NCBI RefSeq assembly: GCF_001194135.2
Contig: NC_068985.1
Span: 32,082,865-32,146,864 of the forward strand
DNA from: Octopus bimaculoides
Lineage: Eukaryota
Direction of reading: 5' to 3'
DNA: 64,000 nucleotides
Positions 50,020-62,329 of this stretch are shown here, in pieces. The notes beneath the pieces were generated by a model, which saw only the letters and a program-made list of their open reading frames with translations, had not been told where the DNA came from and searched no databases. Made by a program: the position numbers and the translations under genes. Position 1 is the stretch's first letter. Each line of letters begins with the position of its first letter.

Positions 50020-51190
50020 TTAGGGAGTTCAGAAAGTAATTGTGTTTTTTCACCAATATGAATCTGAATCAACCAATCACATCAGAATCAAGGTCAAAAG
50101 GGCAGGAACTGCCTAGAACTAGTATATCATCTCTTCTATCCAGAAGCTGTCATTCATAGTTATTTCGGTAATTAACCCCATGGAAGATAAGAACTTTATG
50201 AAACAACATATTCACCACTGCTTATTGTATGAGTTTCAAAAGAAAAGTACCGCTACAGAAGCAATGAAAAACATTTGTGAAGTGTATCTGGATGCAGTGA
50301 AAGCTCATATATGTCAGCTGTGGTTTAAAAGGTTTAAAGATGGCAATTGTGACATATCCAACAAGCCTCGCTCTGGAAGATGACTCACTCTAAATGACAA
50401 CCTTTTGAATGAGACTATTGAAATGGATCCACATCAAAGCACCAGGGATTTGGTGCAAAAATTTAGTGTGTCATGTTCAACTATTCACAAACATCTCAAG
50501 CAAACTGGGAAAACATGCAAAGAGGGAATTTGGGTTCCACATGAGCTTACGTTTGAGAACTGAACAACATTCCAAAATCTACAGCAGTCTTCTAACCAGG
50601 AATAACAACCTGTCATTTCTGCAGCGCATTGTTACAGGTGATGAAAAATGGGTTTTGCATCAGATAAGGAAAAAGACAAAGATCATCATATAATGAGAGG
50701 CCAGCGCCAACACCTAAACCAGAACTCCATTCACAAAAATCCTTGCTCTGTGTTTGGTGGAACATGAAAGGTATCGTCCATTACGAGCTACTGGAACATG
50801 GAAGGACCATCAATGCAGATGTCTATTGCCAACTTGATCATGTAAATGAAAAATTACATTGAAAGTGGCCAGTTTTGGTACACAGAAAGGTGTTATTCTC
50901 CAGCATGACAATACACAGCCATACACTTCAAAACAAACCCTAGAAAAAATAAGAGCGTTAAGATGGGAAGTTCTTCTATATCCTCCATACTCACCTGACT
51001 TGGATTTCCATGTTCCAATCACTAAAACATTTAAGAGGCAAAACATCCAGAAACAGAGAGGAAGTTGAAAACAACCTTTCACACTTTTTCAGGAAAAGAA
51101 ATAGGTTTCTTTGGAATGTAACATAAAAATGTTACTTTCCTGTTGAGCTGCAGTCATTGAAAACGGTGGTGATTACATCCTTGATTAAAA
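50020..51190 (+). mobile_element. Decayed Hsmar1-like mariner transposon
   Basis: TA|TTAGGGAGTTCAGAAAGTAATTGTG 5' TIR; WFKRFKDGN..ISNKPRSGR, GIWVPHEL, IVTGDEKWVL, LQHDNTQPY, YPPYSPDL. 3' TIR not visible. Confidence 0.9.
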
Positions 51191-51212
51191 CTATTCAGAC
51201 AGATATGGTTTA

Positions 51213-52333
51213 CGAGGGGTGTCTGAAAAGTTTTGAGCCTAACCTAGAATAGGGGCTACTATATAGTTGAAACAATTTTTTCTGGTAAGTACAATCTTTT
51301 CGGAGTATTCTTGCTCATTTTCATGATTCTGATATTTTAATTTTTTTTGTTGTAGATTTTTGAATAAACAAGCTTCGAATTTACAAGGAAAATGGAGAAA
51401 ACTGAGTATCGTGCTGTCATAAAGTACCTTCATTTGAAAGGCATGACTCCATCAGAAATCCATGAAGATATGGTGAGAACCTTGACAGACAATGCTCCTT
51501 CATATGCAACAGTCAAACGCTGGGTAAATGAATTCAAGCGTGACATGGAGAGTGTGGAAGATGATCCATGACCAGGGAGACCTCCAACAGCAACCACCAA
51601 GGACAACCTTGACCTTGCTCTTGGTATGATAATGCAAGATCGCCGAATATCATGTCGTCAGATAGCCGAGAGACTGGGCATCTCAACTGAAAGAGCAGAC
51701 AATATTGTGACAAAAGAACTTGGGTTCTCAAAGGTTTCTGCAAGGTGGGTCCCTCGCCTTTTGACTCCTGAACAGAAACGCACCAGGTGCACTTTGTCCA
51801 CGAGCAATCTGGAACTGTTTGAAGCTGAAGAGAATTTTCTTGCTCATTTCATTATTATGGACGAAAGTTGGGTCCATCACTACCAGCCTGAAACCAAAGA
51901 ACAATTAAAGCAGTAGAAACACACATCTTCTCCTACCCCAAAGAAGGCCAGCGTCATTCCTTCAGCTGGCAAGGTCATGGCATCCGTTTTTGGGGATTCT
52001 CAAGGTATCTTGCTGATCGATTACCTTGAAAAGGGTCACACCATGACAGGGCTGTATTATTCTCAGCTACTGAAACGCCTCCAAGAAGTAATCAAAGAAA
52101 AAAGGCCGGGAATGCTCACCAGAGGAGTCCTTTTTCATCACGGCAATGCTCCAGCCCACACCTCAGTGGTTGCCATGACAACAATTCATGATTGTGGATA
52201 CGGGCTTGTTCCCCAGACTTAGCCCCCTCTGACTTTCATCTATTTCCAAAAATGAAAAAAGCCCTGGATGGTCGCCATTTTGCCAGTGCCAATGACGTCA
52301 TAGACGCTGTAGAAAGTTTCTTGGAGTCCCAAA
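51213..52333 (+). mobile_element. Younger Hsmar2/irritans-like mariner; 3' end lost in the N-gap
   Basis: TA|CGAGGGGTGTCTGAAAAGTTTTGAGCCT TIR; ATG at 51392 MEKTEYRAVIKYL...SARWVPRLLT...MDESWVHHY...FHHGNAPAH...SPDLAPSDFHLFP; two stops (51569, 51914) and one short deletion with frameshift near 52215. Confidence 0.93.
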
Positions 52334-52798
52334 NNNNNNNNNNNNNNNNNNNNNNNNNNNNNNNNNNNNNNNNNNNNNNNNNNNNNNNNNNNNNNNNNNN
52401 NNNNNNNNNNNNNNNNNNNNNNNNNNNNNNNNNNNNNNNNNNNNNNNNNNNNNNNNNNNNNNNNNNNNNNNNNNNNNNNNNNNNNNNNNNNNNNNNNNNN
52501 NNNNNNNNNNNNNNNNNNNNNNNNNNNNNNNNNNNNNNNNNNNNNNNNNNNNNNNNNNNNNNNNNNNNNNNNNNNNNNNNNNNNNNNNNNNNNNNNNNNN
52601 NNNNNNNNNNNNNNNNNNNNNNNNNNNNNNNNNNNNNNNNNNNNNNNNNNNNNNNNNNNNNNNNNNNNNNNNNNNNNNNNNNNNNNNNNNNNNNNNNNNN
52701 NNNNNNNNNNNNNNNNNNNNNNNNNNNNNNNNNNNNNNNNNNNNNNNNNNNNNNNNNNNNNNNNNNNNNNNNNNNNNNNNNNNNNNNNNNNNNNNNNN
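52334..52798. other. Assembly gap (N)
   Basis: Run of N that truncates the mariner; followed by (AT)n. Confidence 1.
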
Positions 52799-53083
52799 AT
52801 ATATATATATATATAAGGGTCTGTTTCTTTCTTTGTGTTAGGTTAGCACTTACAGGTTTACGTAATTAATAGTGGTCAGATGAAACACATGTACATTATA
52901 TAAAGCATAAACTATCTGTTAGCTTTTCTATGTCCCTTTTCTGTACAGTGTAGGGACCGTGCAAATTAGCCTACATGGAGTTATGAAGGTCATTGTTGGA
53001 CAACATCAAGCAAAGGAGTACAATGAAGAACTTATCTACCATGCCCAAACCTTTTGGTAACATGATGCACCTTCCAGGAAACC

Positions 53084-53087
<4 letters not shown>

Positions 53088-53119
<32 letters not shown>

Positions 53120-53140
53120 TGTGTGTGTGTGTGTGTGTGT
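53088..53140. repeat. (GA)n(GT)n compound microsatellite
   Basis: Direct reading. Confidence 0.95.
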
Positions 53141-54300
53141 ATTAGGCACATGAAGAATCAGATGTAGTGTTCCAGAGAGAGAAGACTACAATGGTTAGGT
53201 CATGTGATGTGTAGAGTCATTTAAAATGAGTAGAACTTGTGGAAGACAGGGCCCTAAGAAGACAAGGAGCAAAGTAGCAAAGGCTGATCTCAAGAGCAAA
53301 TGACAAACAAATCAACTGGCAAATTCACTGTGCTGGAGAAAACCTGATCATTATAACAAAAATAAGGACCTAAAACCTTTTCGTCTATGCTTGTATATAC
53401 TGGGCTCCATCAAGCATTTCCCACTGCCTTAACATCCATCTCTACTCAGCACATATTACATCCCTCCATTCTTTGTGCTATAAGTTACTGCCTTCCCACT
53501 CCTGAACTCACTTTTATTCCTTACTCTCATTATCATCAATTCTCATACAATTTTCAGTGATCACCTCCATTCTGTGCTTCCAGTTATCTTTCCTTCTCCT
53601 CTGCCATGCTTCATCTTAACACTTGTCATATGTGCTAATATGCCACACTCATTATATCCCCACTTTACCTCTACATCTCCCTACCCAAAACTTTTAGATC
53701 TTACTTATCTCCCACCAACTTTCTGATTTATCACCCTTGAGCTACCTCTATTTCTCACACCTTACACCTCATATTGATGTTTCTCATAAAGCTGCTCAAC
53801 ACATTACATTCTTACAACCCCGACACTCAACCCCCTGATCCACTATCAGTCTCCTCTCTTATGCTCACATCCTTGTTCCTTGAGGATTTGCTCTGGCATC
53901 CCATCTTGTCTTTCTCCTAGCTACTCCCACCCAACCTTATATAATGTTGGGTAGACATGTATCTTCTCTATAGCAAGACACCTGCACGTGTCCCTCTACC
54001 ACACTTTAACCGCCCAACATCTGCCATAAAGCCATCATCCTGCCTCTTTACTCACCCCACTTTTACTTGAGGGACATTTTCCTTTTCTTGTTTTTTTCCC
54101 TGTTTTGTATGTTACTAGTGACCTCACTAATGCCAGTGATACAAAAGAATGTAGAGTAGTTGACATTAAGAAGGACATCCAGCTATAGAAGCATTTGTTG
54201 AGAAGGAAGAAGAGACAGACTTGCAGAGAAAAACTTGCTGAAGGCCACAGACCAAATATGTGGTTGGAGCAAGGCCTCATCTAGACAAACAATGACAAAG
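53140..54300 (+). mobile_element. RTE ORF2 end plus CT-rich 3' UTR and tail
   Basis: QWLGHVMCR, TCGRQGPKKT, then a pyrimidine-rich tract and CTCTATAGCAAGACACCTG, shared with 3570-3590. Confidence 0.6.
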
Positions 54301-56340
54301 ATGGTAGAATAGTGTTGTAAATAGAGCTATAAAAGAGATATGTCTGAGCAGAGTGGTAAAAAACAAAAGGGAAATAGCAAGGAAAAATATCATTTAGAAG
54401 AGAAGTTAGACATCAAGTATAATTAGTAAGATAAGAGGCAGAAAGAATTTTTGCACTCTGCAACATGAGGATCTGAGACATGAAGTGTTCAGAATAGCAA
54501 GACTATATTAGAGAGAATCAATATGTTACTTGGGAAAAATGAATACTCGCTGATAACATCACACTTACTTTCATTGATGCTGCAAAGGAGTCATAGAAGT
54601 GCTATTGCAAAAGACTGCTGAGGTGGAGAACACAAGGGAGAATAAGAATCTGCTCTACATAGATCCACTAGAAGAACCAGCCATTTAAACTGACAACAGT
54701 ATGGTAGATAGGGCAACCAAGGATATGAAATCAAGAAGCAATTGGACCAGAGAAAGTTGACGAGACACTTAAAATATCTGGCTAAGTGGGATATAGTTTA
54801 GTTCTTCAAATAATCAATCATGTAATACAAGATGCCATACCCAGTGACAGGTGTAGCAGCACTGTTGTAAACTGTTACAAAGGCAAAAGAAATGCTCTGA
54901 GGGAAAAGAAACCACAAAGGCATCAAATTACTGGATCAAATCATGAAAGTTAGAAAGTGTTATTGCATTAAGAACCGGATTAACCTAGATGACATGCAGT
55001 TTCGTGTTGTACCAAGAAGAGGTACCACTGATGCAATCTTCCTAGTGAGACAGCTGTAAGAAAAATGCTTAGCTAGAAGTAAGCCACTATACCAAGCATT
55101 TGTTGACCTAGAGAAGACTTTTGACAGGGTCCCTAGCTCTGTCATCTGGCAGGTACTAAAGATGCAAGAGGTAGATGAATGGCCATTGAGGGTCATACAA
55201 GCTATGTATGTACAAAGACACAATCAGTAAGGTAAATTAATGAACACAACAGTGAATTTAGCACACAGGTAGGGGTCCATCAGGGCTCAGTTCTCTCCTG
55301 TTTATTATAGTCCTCCAAGCTATAACAGAGGAGTTCAAGACTGGCTGTCTGTAGGAACACCTATATGCCTATGACCTTGTTCTAATAGCAGAATCTGTGT
55401 AAGATTCAAGAAAAATTCCAGAAATGGAAGCATAACCTGAAATTGAAAGGCCTTAAAGTAAACTTAGACAAAACTATGTTATGATAAATAGAAAAGAAGA
55501 TAGAACATTAGAGAAATGGTTATGCATGGTATGCAGAAAAGGAGCATGTTAAAAGAATTCTATACATTGTTCCCAGTGTAAAAAGGCTTTTAACAGAATT
55601 CCATGCTCTGTAATCTGGTGGTTAGTAATGAAGCTTAGAGTAGATGAATGGCTTGTAAGAGCTGTATAAGCTATGCACAGAGATACAGTTAGTAAGGTGA
55701 GAATGATTAATGTAACAATGAATTCAATGTAAAGATAGAGATATATCAGGGCTCAGTTTTCATCCCTTTCTGTCCAGAAGAATGAGACTGGCTACCTGTA
55801 GAAATTCCTTTATACTGATGGCTATTTGTTTTTATAATTAAATTTGCAATAAGATTAGAAAAGAAATACCAGACATGGGAATGAAACAGAATCGAGAGGC
55901 TTCGCAGTGAATTTAGCAAAAATTGAAGTATTATTAACTGGGGAAAATGTTAGGACTCTGCTATCCTCAAAGAAATGACCATGCTTGATTTGTAGAAACT
56001 AAATAGGTTATAATTTCAAAAGTCATATCTGTTTTAAAAAAATGGATGCAGAAGAGTTGTAGAGGGTCGACAGGCAAGCTAACAGAGAAAGTAAACTTCG
56101 TCTGTGGCAGGAAGGTGCATAGGGATAATAAGAATTAAAAGTATATACAAGATATTTTATCTAATGCCAAGGCTGCTTTCTAGTTGTCAATGGCTTCTGT
56201 TTCCTAGGGGATTTAATTAGCAGTGGGATATGGGTTTTGAAAACACGGGTGCTAGAGTAAGAACTGCTTAGAAAAGCTTAGATAACTTTTACTTCTGCAA
56301 GCAACATGAGTTATAAAGGGCAATGTTGTTTGGTAATGAG
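54300..56340 (+). mobile_element. Two adjacent decayed RTE ORF2 fragments (54300-55590 and 55590-56340), each with RT and a Cys-finger remnant
   Basis: IKLLDQIMKV, QFRVVPRRGTTDAIFLVRQL, FVDLEKTFDRVP, VHQGSVL, HLYAYDLV, KWLCMVCRK; the RT segment is repeated from about 55595, with *PCLICRN at about 55975. Confidence 0.8.
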
Positions 56341-57024
56341 ATGTGAGCCTTGAATACAGGTTTGTGGAGACTGACAGATTTAAAGTTTTTGCATCTCACA
56401 GAGATGATAAAAGACTGCACTGATAGGTGACATGTTGTGTGTGAGAAGACCTGCTAGCCCATTCATTTTCTGGCTTGTGCCTACCTTCTACACATGAAAG
56501 AAAGCTTGTGCGATTGCCTGGTAGCAACCAGGTCTCTGCACATGGCTGAATGCTTCTGACTTTCAGTTAATTTGCTTTTGTTACTACTCTACAATGAATC
56601 GATGAGAGCAATTATTATTATTAGTATCATTATTTTTGTTGTTATTGTTAATGTTAAACAGTTAAATTAATCCTATTTGTATGGTCTATGATAAATAATG
56701 CAAGGGATAAAATTTTCAGAAGCAAACTGATGTTAGCATTGACATATGTACAAATATTGACATAAGCACAAGTGTAGTGACTATACAGATCAAAACGTAA
56801 AAGTTGAAAAAGTGAGAGCCATTTCAGTCACATATTCAATAGTCATAAGATTTTATGCTATAGACACATTATATTTAATACATACATACATAAATATATA
56901 TATATACATACATATATATATCTCATTATCATCTGACATGGGTAGGACAGTTTGACAGCGAACCAGTAAGTTGCAGGGCTGCATCAAGATGTGTGTGTGT
57001 GTGTGTGTGTGTGCACACACACAT

Positions 57025-57420
57025 GTGCAGACATGGTTGTGTAGTAAGAAGTTTGCTTCCCAACCACCTGGTTGTGGGTCCAGTCTCACAGCATGGTACC
57101 TTGGGCAAGTATCTTCTACTATAGTTCTGGGCTGACCAAAGCTTTGTGAATGAATTTGGTAGGCAGAAACTGAAAGAAGCCCATCTTGTGTGTGTGCGTT
57201 AGTGTTCCTTTGTCTTGACATTGTAACAATAGTTGTAAATGAGTGTCACTGTCATACAAGCAGTGTCATTCATTTCCAAGATTTTGCAAGAATATGCCTG
57301 GCCATGGAGAAAAAGGTGAGGGTTGACAGTAAGAAGGGCATCTGGCCATAGAGCATCTACTTCAAATAAACTCTAAACACCCATACAAGCACAGGAAAGT
57401 GAAGATTAAATGATAATAAT
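57025..57420 (+). mobile_element. tRNA-derived SINE (tail type B)
   Basis: Head ATGGTTGTGTAGTAAGAAGTTTGCTTCCCAACCACCTGGTTGTGGGTCCAGTCTC, core, short (TG)n, tail ...CCCATACAAGCACAGGAAAGTGAAGATTAAATGATAATAAT. Confidence 0.8.
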
Positions 57421-57569
57421 AAAAGAGGAAGATTAGGTTTAGCAAGGAGCCTTGTTATCATATGCACAACTTCCTATTCTCTATGTATATCTTGTAAGTA
57501 CTTAGCTAGGGGAAAAGCACTATACATGGCATTGTTGACCCAGAGAAGTCATTTGGCAGGCTTCCCCAC

Positions 57570-58950
57570 TCTGAAGTGGTTCAAGGCCTACAACTTATCT
57601 ACTGCCAGAAACTGGGAGGCATTTACCAAAGAACGCAACAGCCATTATAAGAACCATGGAAGATGACTGTGTATTGTACAGCTTTCAAGTTATCCTGTCT
57701 TCCAAAGTGCAGTTGATTCTGTCAGTCTTATGCAAAAAAGATTTCCATCAACTTTGTAGAATCCTCTTTACCTCCATTCCACAACAATGGTTCTGTGAGC
57801 AGCAACCTTGCAGAGAAAGGCTCCATCTTTGCAGCCAACTCTATACATGGCAAATCTCCAGTTCTGTTACCTTTCAATTCTCCATGTATACATGCATGTC
57901 ATATGCAAAAAGTATCTTTGTTCACTTCACATCAACAAGTCCACTGGTCCTGACAGTGTCCTTTCCACTACCCTCAAACTTTGCACTCTAAATCCTAAAG
58001 CTAGTTCCTATAGTCATTAAACTCTTCAACTCTCTTTCTACAAAGATCTACTCTGATCTTTGAAAACATGCTGAGTCCATCTTCAAAAAAGACAACCTGT
58101 CTGACCCTGCCAGCTATCACCATATTGCATTCACTTCTAATATCTCTAAGGTAGTAACGTAATGGCCAACAGCCGTTACAACATGCCCAATATCCTGAAC
58201 TGTTCTCTCTCTTTAGTGACCAGTAGTTTCCATAAAGCCTGATCCTATGGTGACCTACTCTCGTGTCATCTACTCAAAAACTCTTACCTTGGAGAAGTTT
58301 GGTGAAAGCAATGTCATCATTTTTATATTAGCAATGTAAATCACCTTCTGGAGCCTTTTGCAAATGGGCTCCACCAGTCTCTCATTTCTTGGTCCAGTAG
58401 CTACCCATCAGACTGCATGTATTGACAGATTCCTTTCTGTCCTTCATTCTATCAATACTGAATGAACCAAGATTTGGTTTCATCCCGTACTCTTTCCCTT
58501 CTACACTACATTTGACTAATTTGCAAAACCCTGCATTATCGAAACACAATCTATATACCTCACACCAAATCCAAAATGCCTCAGTAACACTGAAAGCATC
58601 CACCAATGGGAATATATGAAACCTGTTTTTATCAACAAGAAAACATAGATGCTGCTCATATCAACAAATGTCATTGTGGAGTATCCAGTTAGAATTCAGA
58701 AAATTGTTAGGTTTCATTAACACTGAAGATCTTGCCTCTCGAAAGCATATTCTTAATAGAGATAAGCATATCCCATAGACTCATCCTTCTGTTTAAGACC
58801 ATAAGTTACTTCAACTACCAACTACAAAGCTTAGGAGAGACCTACAATGGTGTATTACTCTCACATCTGGAATAGTACTACTGCTTAAGACATCCTTAAC
58901 CGCATCTATAAAAGGGCTAACTGAGTGGCATAAAGTCACTCACAGACATG
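57570..58950 (+). mobile_element. Decayed CR1/L2-like LINE RT region
   Basis: STSPLVLT / STGPDSV, FKKDNLSDPASYHHIAFTSNISKV at about 58082-58153; homologous to 12950-14900. Confidence 0.65.
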
Positions 58951-59014
58951 CTCCAATTGCCGAACCCAAAATCACATGCTTGGGAAGCAAATTTCTTAAC
59001 CACAGCCATACGTG

Positions 59015-59064
<50 letters not shown>

Positions 59065-59066
<2 letters not shown>

Positions 59067-59901
59067 GGGTTCAGTGAATAAAGTGTCGCCTAAATTACAC
59101 AAAAATGAAAATAACACTGGCATCTCATTTAAGATATATTTACCAAAATTACATGAACATATCTTGAAATACTAAAGAGTAAATTTATTCAATAAAATCA
59201 CCATCGGCTTCCACAACGGCCTCCAGATGACTTTGGAATCTCCTTGTTTAAGTTGGTGAATGCTGCCATAATCCTTGCCTTCAGTTCATCTTTGGTGCTG
59301 CAAGGAGTTTTGTTGGGCTCTCACTCAACTGCGCCCCACACATAATAATCAAAGGGGTTGTAGTCTGGGGAGTTAGCTGGCCAGATGTTAGGGGTGACAT
59401 GGTCGCAGAAATTGTCTGACAGCCATGACTGGGTGCTCCTGCTTGTATGGCATGGTGAAGAGCTATGTTGCCAGACATCGGCTCTTCCAACAGCCACCCT
59501 CTTGACCCAGGGCAGCACTACCTCCACCAGGCACTTGATGTATGCCTCTGTGTTGAGTCTGAGGCAATGCGGGGAGATGAATAGATGCCTAATATCGCCA
59601 TCACTCCAAACACCATGATGTTGACTGGATGACTGATTTTTATCACTCTTAGTACATGTCCTCAGATTGACACCCAAACACTCTGAAAAGTTTGTATTGG
59701 AGCTTCCAGAGCGAATGCCAAATAGTACAGCATGTCGTTTCCAAAATTCTGGCAGTGTGAATTGCATCATGGTGCTGTTTTTCTCACAGATGGTGCCCAG
59801 CTGACCCTACCATACTGTGTAGTCGACAAAATCAAAAACAAACAATGCCCATGCGTGAAATTAAAAATATAAAATGGCGACAATTTACCCATCGCACCCT
59901 G
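59065..59901 (-). mobile_element. Internally deleted DD37D (maT-family) transposon, 837 bp
   Basis: TIRs CAGGGTTCAGTGAATAAAGTGTCGCC / reverse-complement CAGGGTGCGATGGGTAAATTGTCGCC; minus ORF ends WQHSSSPCH...WPANSPDYNPFDYYVWG, with 37 residues between the decayed second Asp position and the third Asp. Confidence 0.85.
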
Positions 59902-59983
59902 CATATATATGCATAGAAATTTTTTTTATATATATACAATTGCAGCATGGAAGGTGTTTATAGGCCATTTAAAAATACACAAA

Positions 59984-60408
59984 NNNNNNNNNNNNNNNNN
60001 NNNNNNNNNNNNNNNNNNNNNNNNNNNNNNNNNNNNNNNNNNNNNNNNNNNNNNNNNNNNNNNNNNNNNNNNNNNNNNNNNNNNNNNNNNNNNNNNNNNN
60101 NNNNNNNNNNNNNNNNNNNNNNNNNNNNNNNNNNNNNNNNNNNNNNNNNNNNNNNNNNNNNNNNNNNNNNNNNNNNNNNNNNNNNNNNNNNNNNNNNNNN
60201 NNNNNNNNNNNNNNNNNNNNNNNNNNNNNNNNNNNNNNNNNNNNNNNNNNNNNNNNNNNNNNNNNNNNNNNNNNNNNNNNNNNNNNNNNNNNNNNNNNNN
60301 NNNNNNNNNNNNNNNNNNNNNNNNNNNNNNNNNNNNNNNNNNNNNNNNNNNNNNNNNNNNNNNNNNNNNNNNNNNNNNNNNNNNNNNNNNNNNNNNNNNN
60401 NNNNNNNN
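59984..60408. other. Assembly gap (N)
   Basis: Run of N followed by (TA)n. Confidence 1.
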
Positions 60409-60442
<34 letters not shown>

Positions 60443-61217
60443 AAAGATGGTATGGGTGTGGTTAAGAAGTTTGTTTTTCAAGAATGTTATTTTTCGGTTC
60501 AGCAATTGGAGCATATCAGCAAGTGACTTTATGCCACTCAGTCGGCCCTATATGCAGTATTCTGCTGCTGAAATTAAATGAGGACAGAACTTTCTCACAA
60601 CCTGGAATACACTTTGCTGAACATCCATCTTTCATTCTTAACACTGTCTCTCTCTACTCACATTTTACACTGATCATCCCACCTTTCTACAATATTAAAT
60701 TATATCTCTCCTCCTCCACTGAATTACTTGCTGTTGACTTGTCCTCACACAGTTCATCTCTGACTCTCTGCAGCAAACAACTTTCTTCTGACTTTCTCTC
60801 CATTGACACTCTTACAACCTATCCACCCACATGTCATCTCCCTTTTTCTCATCTTTCGCCAGTCTGCTATTACTATTTTGCTGCTCTTCACCCTTCTGTA
60901 TTGCCAGTCAGCACCTACACTCCCCAACCTTCCCTCCAGTTCATATGTATCACCATCCACCATTCACTCCCCAACCCCACCTAATCTCCCTTTTCTTCCA
61001 TCAAACTCATTTATAACTGACCCTACCCCACTCCAACACCCTCTCCATTCACCATTCAGTATATTTGCATCTCTACTCCATCTCTAACCATCCCTCACTC
61101 CATACACTTTTGTACCTTTACCCATCCATCCATCCTGTTTTTCTGACCCAGGACCTACTCTGATGCTTCATCATCCCCTTTATCCCTTCCCAACATAATG
61201 GAAGCTGGGCATTAAAA

Positions 61218-61810
61218 GATGATGATGCATATATATGTTTGTATATCTATATATGTATGTACATATATAAATGTATACATACATATATACATATCATTAT
61301 CATTTTATGTCCATTTACCATGCTGGCATGGACTGAATGGTAAAGTGGGGAGCTACACAAAGTTCATTGTCTGTTCTGGCATGGTTTCTATGGCTGGATG
61401 CCCTTCCTAATACCAATGCTTTACAGAGTGTACTGTTCTATGTGGCACCAGCACTAGTGCTTTTAACATGACATCAGCACCAGCACTTTTATGTGGAACC
61501 AACAGGGGCGCTTTTTATGTGGAACCAATACCAGTGCTTTTTATGTGACACCAATGCCAATATCAATTCTGCTGTGGTGAATGGGTTATCTTACGTACAA
61601 CAAGGCAGCAAATATCTTAATCTTTTGTCATCTCCTTCACAGGGCCTAGTATCTTGAGACTGGCCTTCAGTACTTCGACCCATGTCTTTCTGGGTCTCCC
61701 TCTTCCACAAGTTCCATCCACTGTAAGTGATTGGCATTTCTGTATGCAACTGTCTACATTCATATGCATCACATGACCAAACCAATGCAATCTTCTCTCT
61801 TGCACCTAGA
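61218..61810 (-). mobile_element. RTE ORF2 end plus tail with amplified motif of about 27 bp, minus strand
   Basis: Track ORF 61617..61805 QERRLHWFGHV...GRGRPRKTW; repeats of TTTTATGTGG(C/A)ACCAA at about 61438-61560; (GAT)n end at about 61218. Confidence 0.85.
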
Positions 61811-62329
61811 GATCAGTAGATAGGTGTGTGTGTGTGTGTGTGTGTGTATTTGAATAAGCTGAAGAGGAAGAGGAGTTGGTGGGGCATATAGCTTAGAAGA
61901 CAATTGGAAATTCCTACCCAACAACTTACTAAAGGCTACAAACCAACTCTGTGGCAGGTGCAAAGTCTCAGTCAGGCCAAGGATGACATGGTGATGGAAC
62001 AAGGAGGTAGGCAGTGCTATAAAAGCAAAGAGACAGGACTGAAAAGACTGGAAAAATGGTGGAAGCAGACAATTATATCAGGTAGCCAGAAGGTAAGCTT
62101 GGCAACAGGTTTACATAGAAGTTAAGAGATTTGCAGTTGCTCTAGTGTGAGGTGCTGAGGATTGCAAAGCAGTGTATCAGAGAGAATAGAGATGTGGATG
62201 AGAAATATGTGCAGATGGATAATGGTATGCCTGCACTTAGCAATTCTGAGAAGATGCATGGAAGTTCCATTATGAGAGGCTGCTAAATATGGAAAATGTA
62301 TGGGAGAAGGAAAGTCTTTCAAATACAGA

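Noticed and set aside
50180-52333. SETMAR-like fusion gene
   Set aside because: No SET domain; two separate disrupted mariners, each with its own TIR.
52192-52869. 225-aa ORF as an intact gene
   Set aside because: Only the first 47 or so residues are real (mariner C-terminus); the rest is gap.
59909-60526. Three ORFs of 170-205 aa
   Set aside because: Almost entirely N-gap.
60484-61087. ORFs of 60-166 aa in CT-rich sequence (also 2786-3610 and 49250-49546)
   Set aside because: Low-complexity pyrimidine tracts of retroelement 3' UTRs, with biased L/S/P/H content and no domain.
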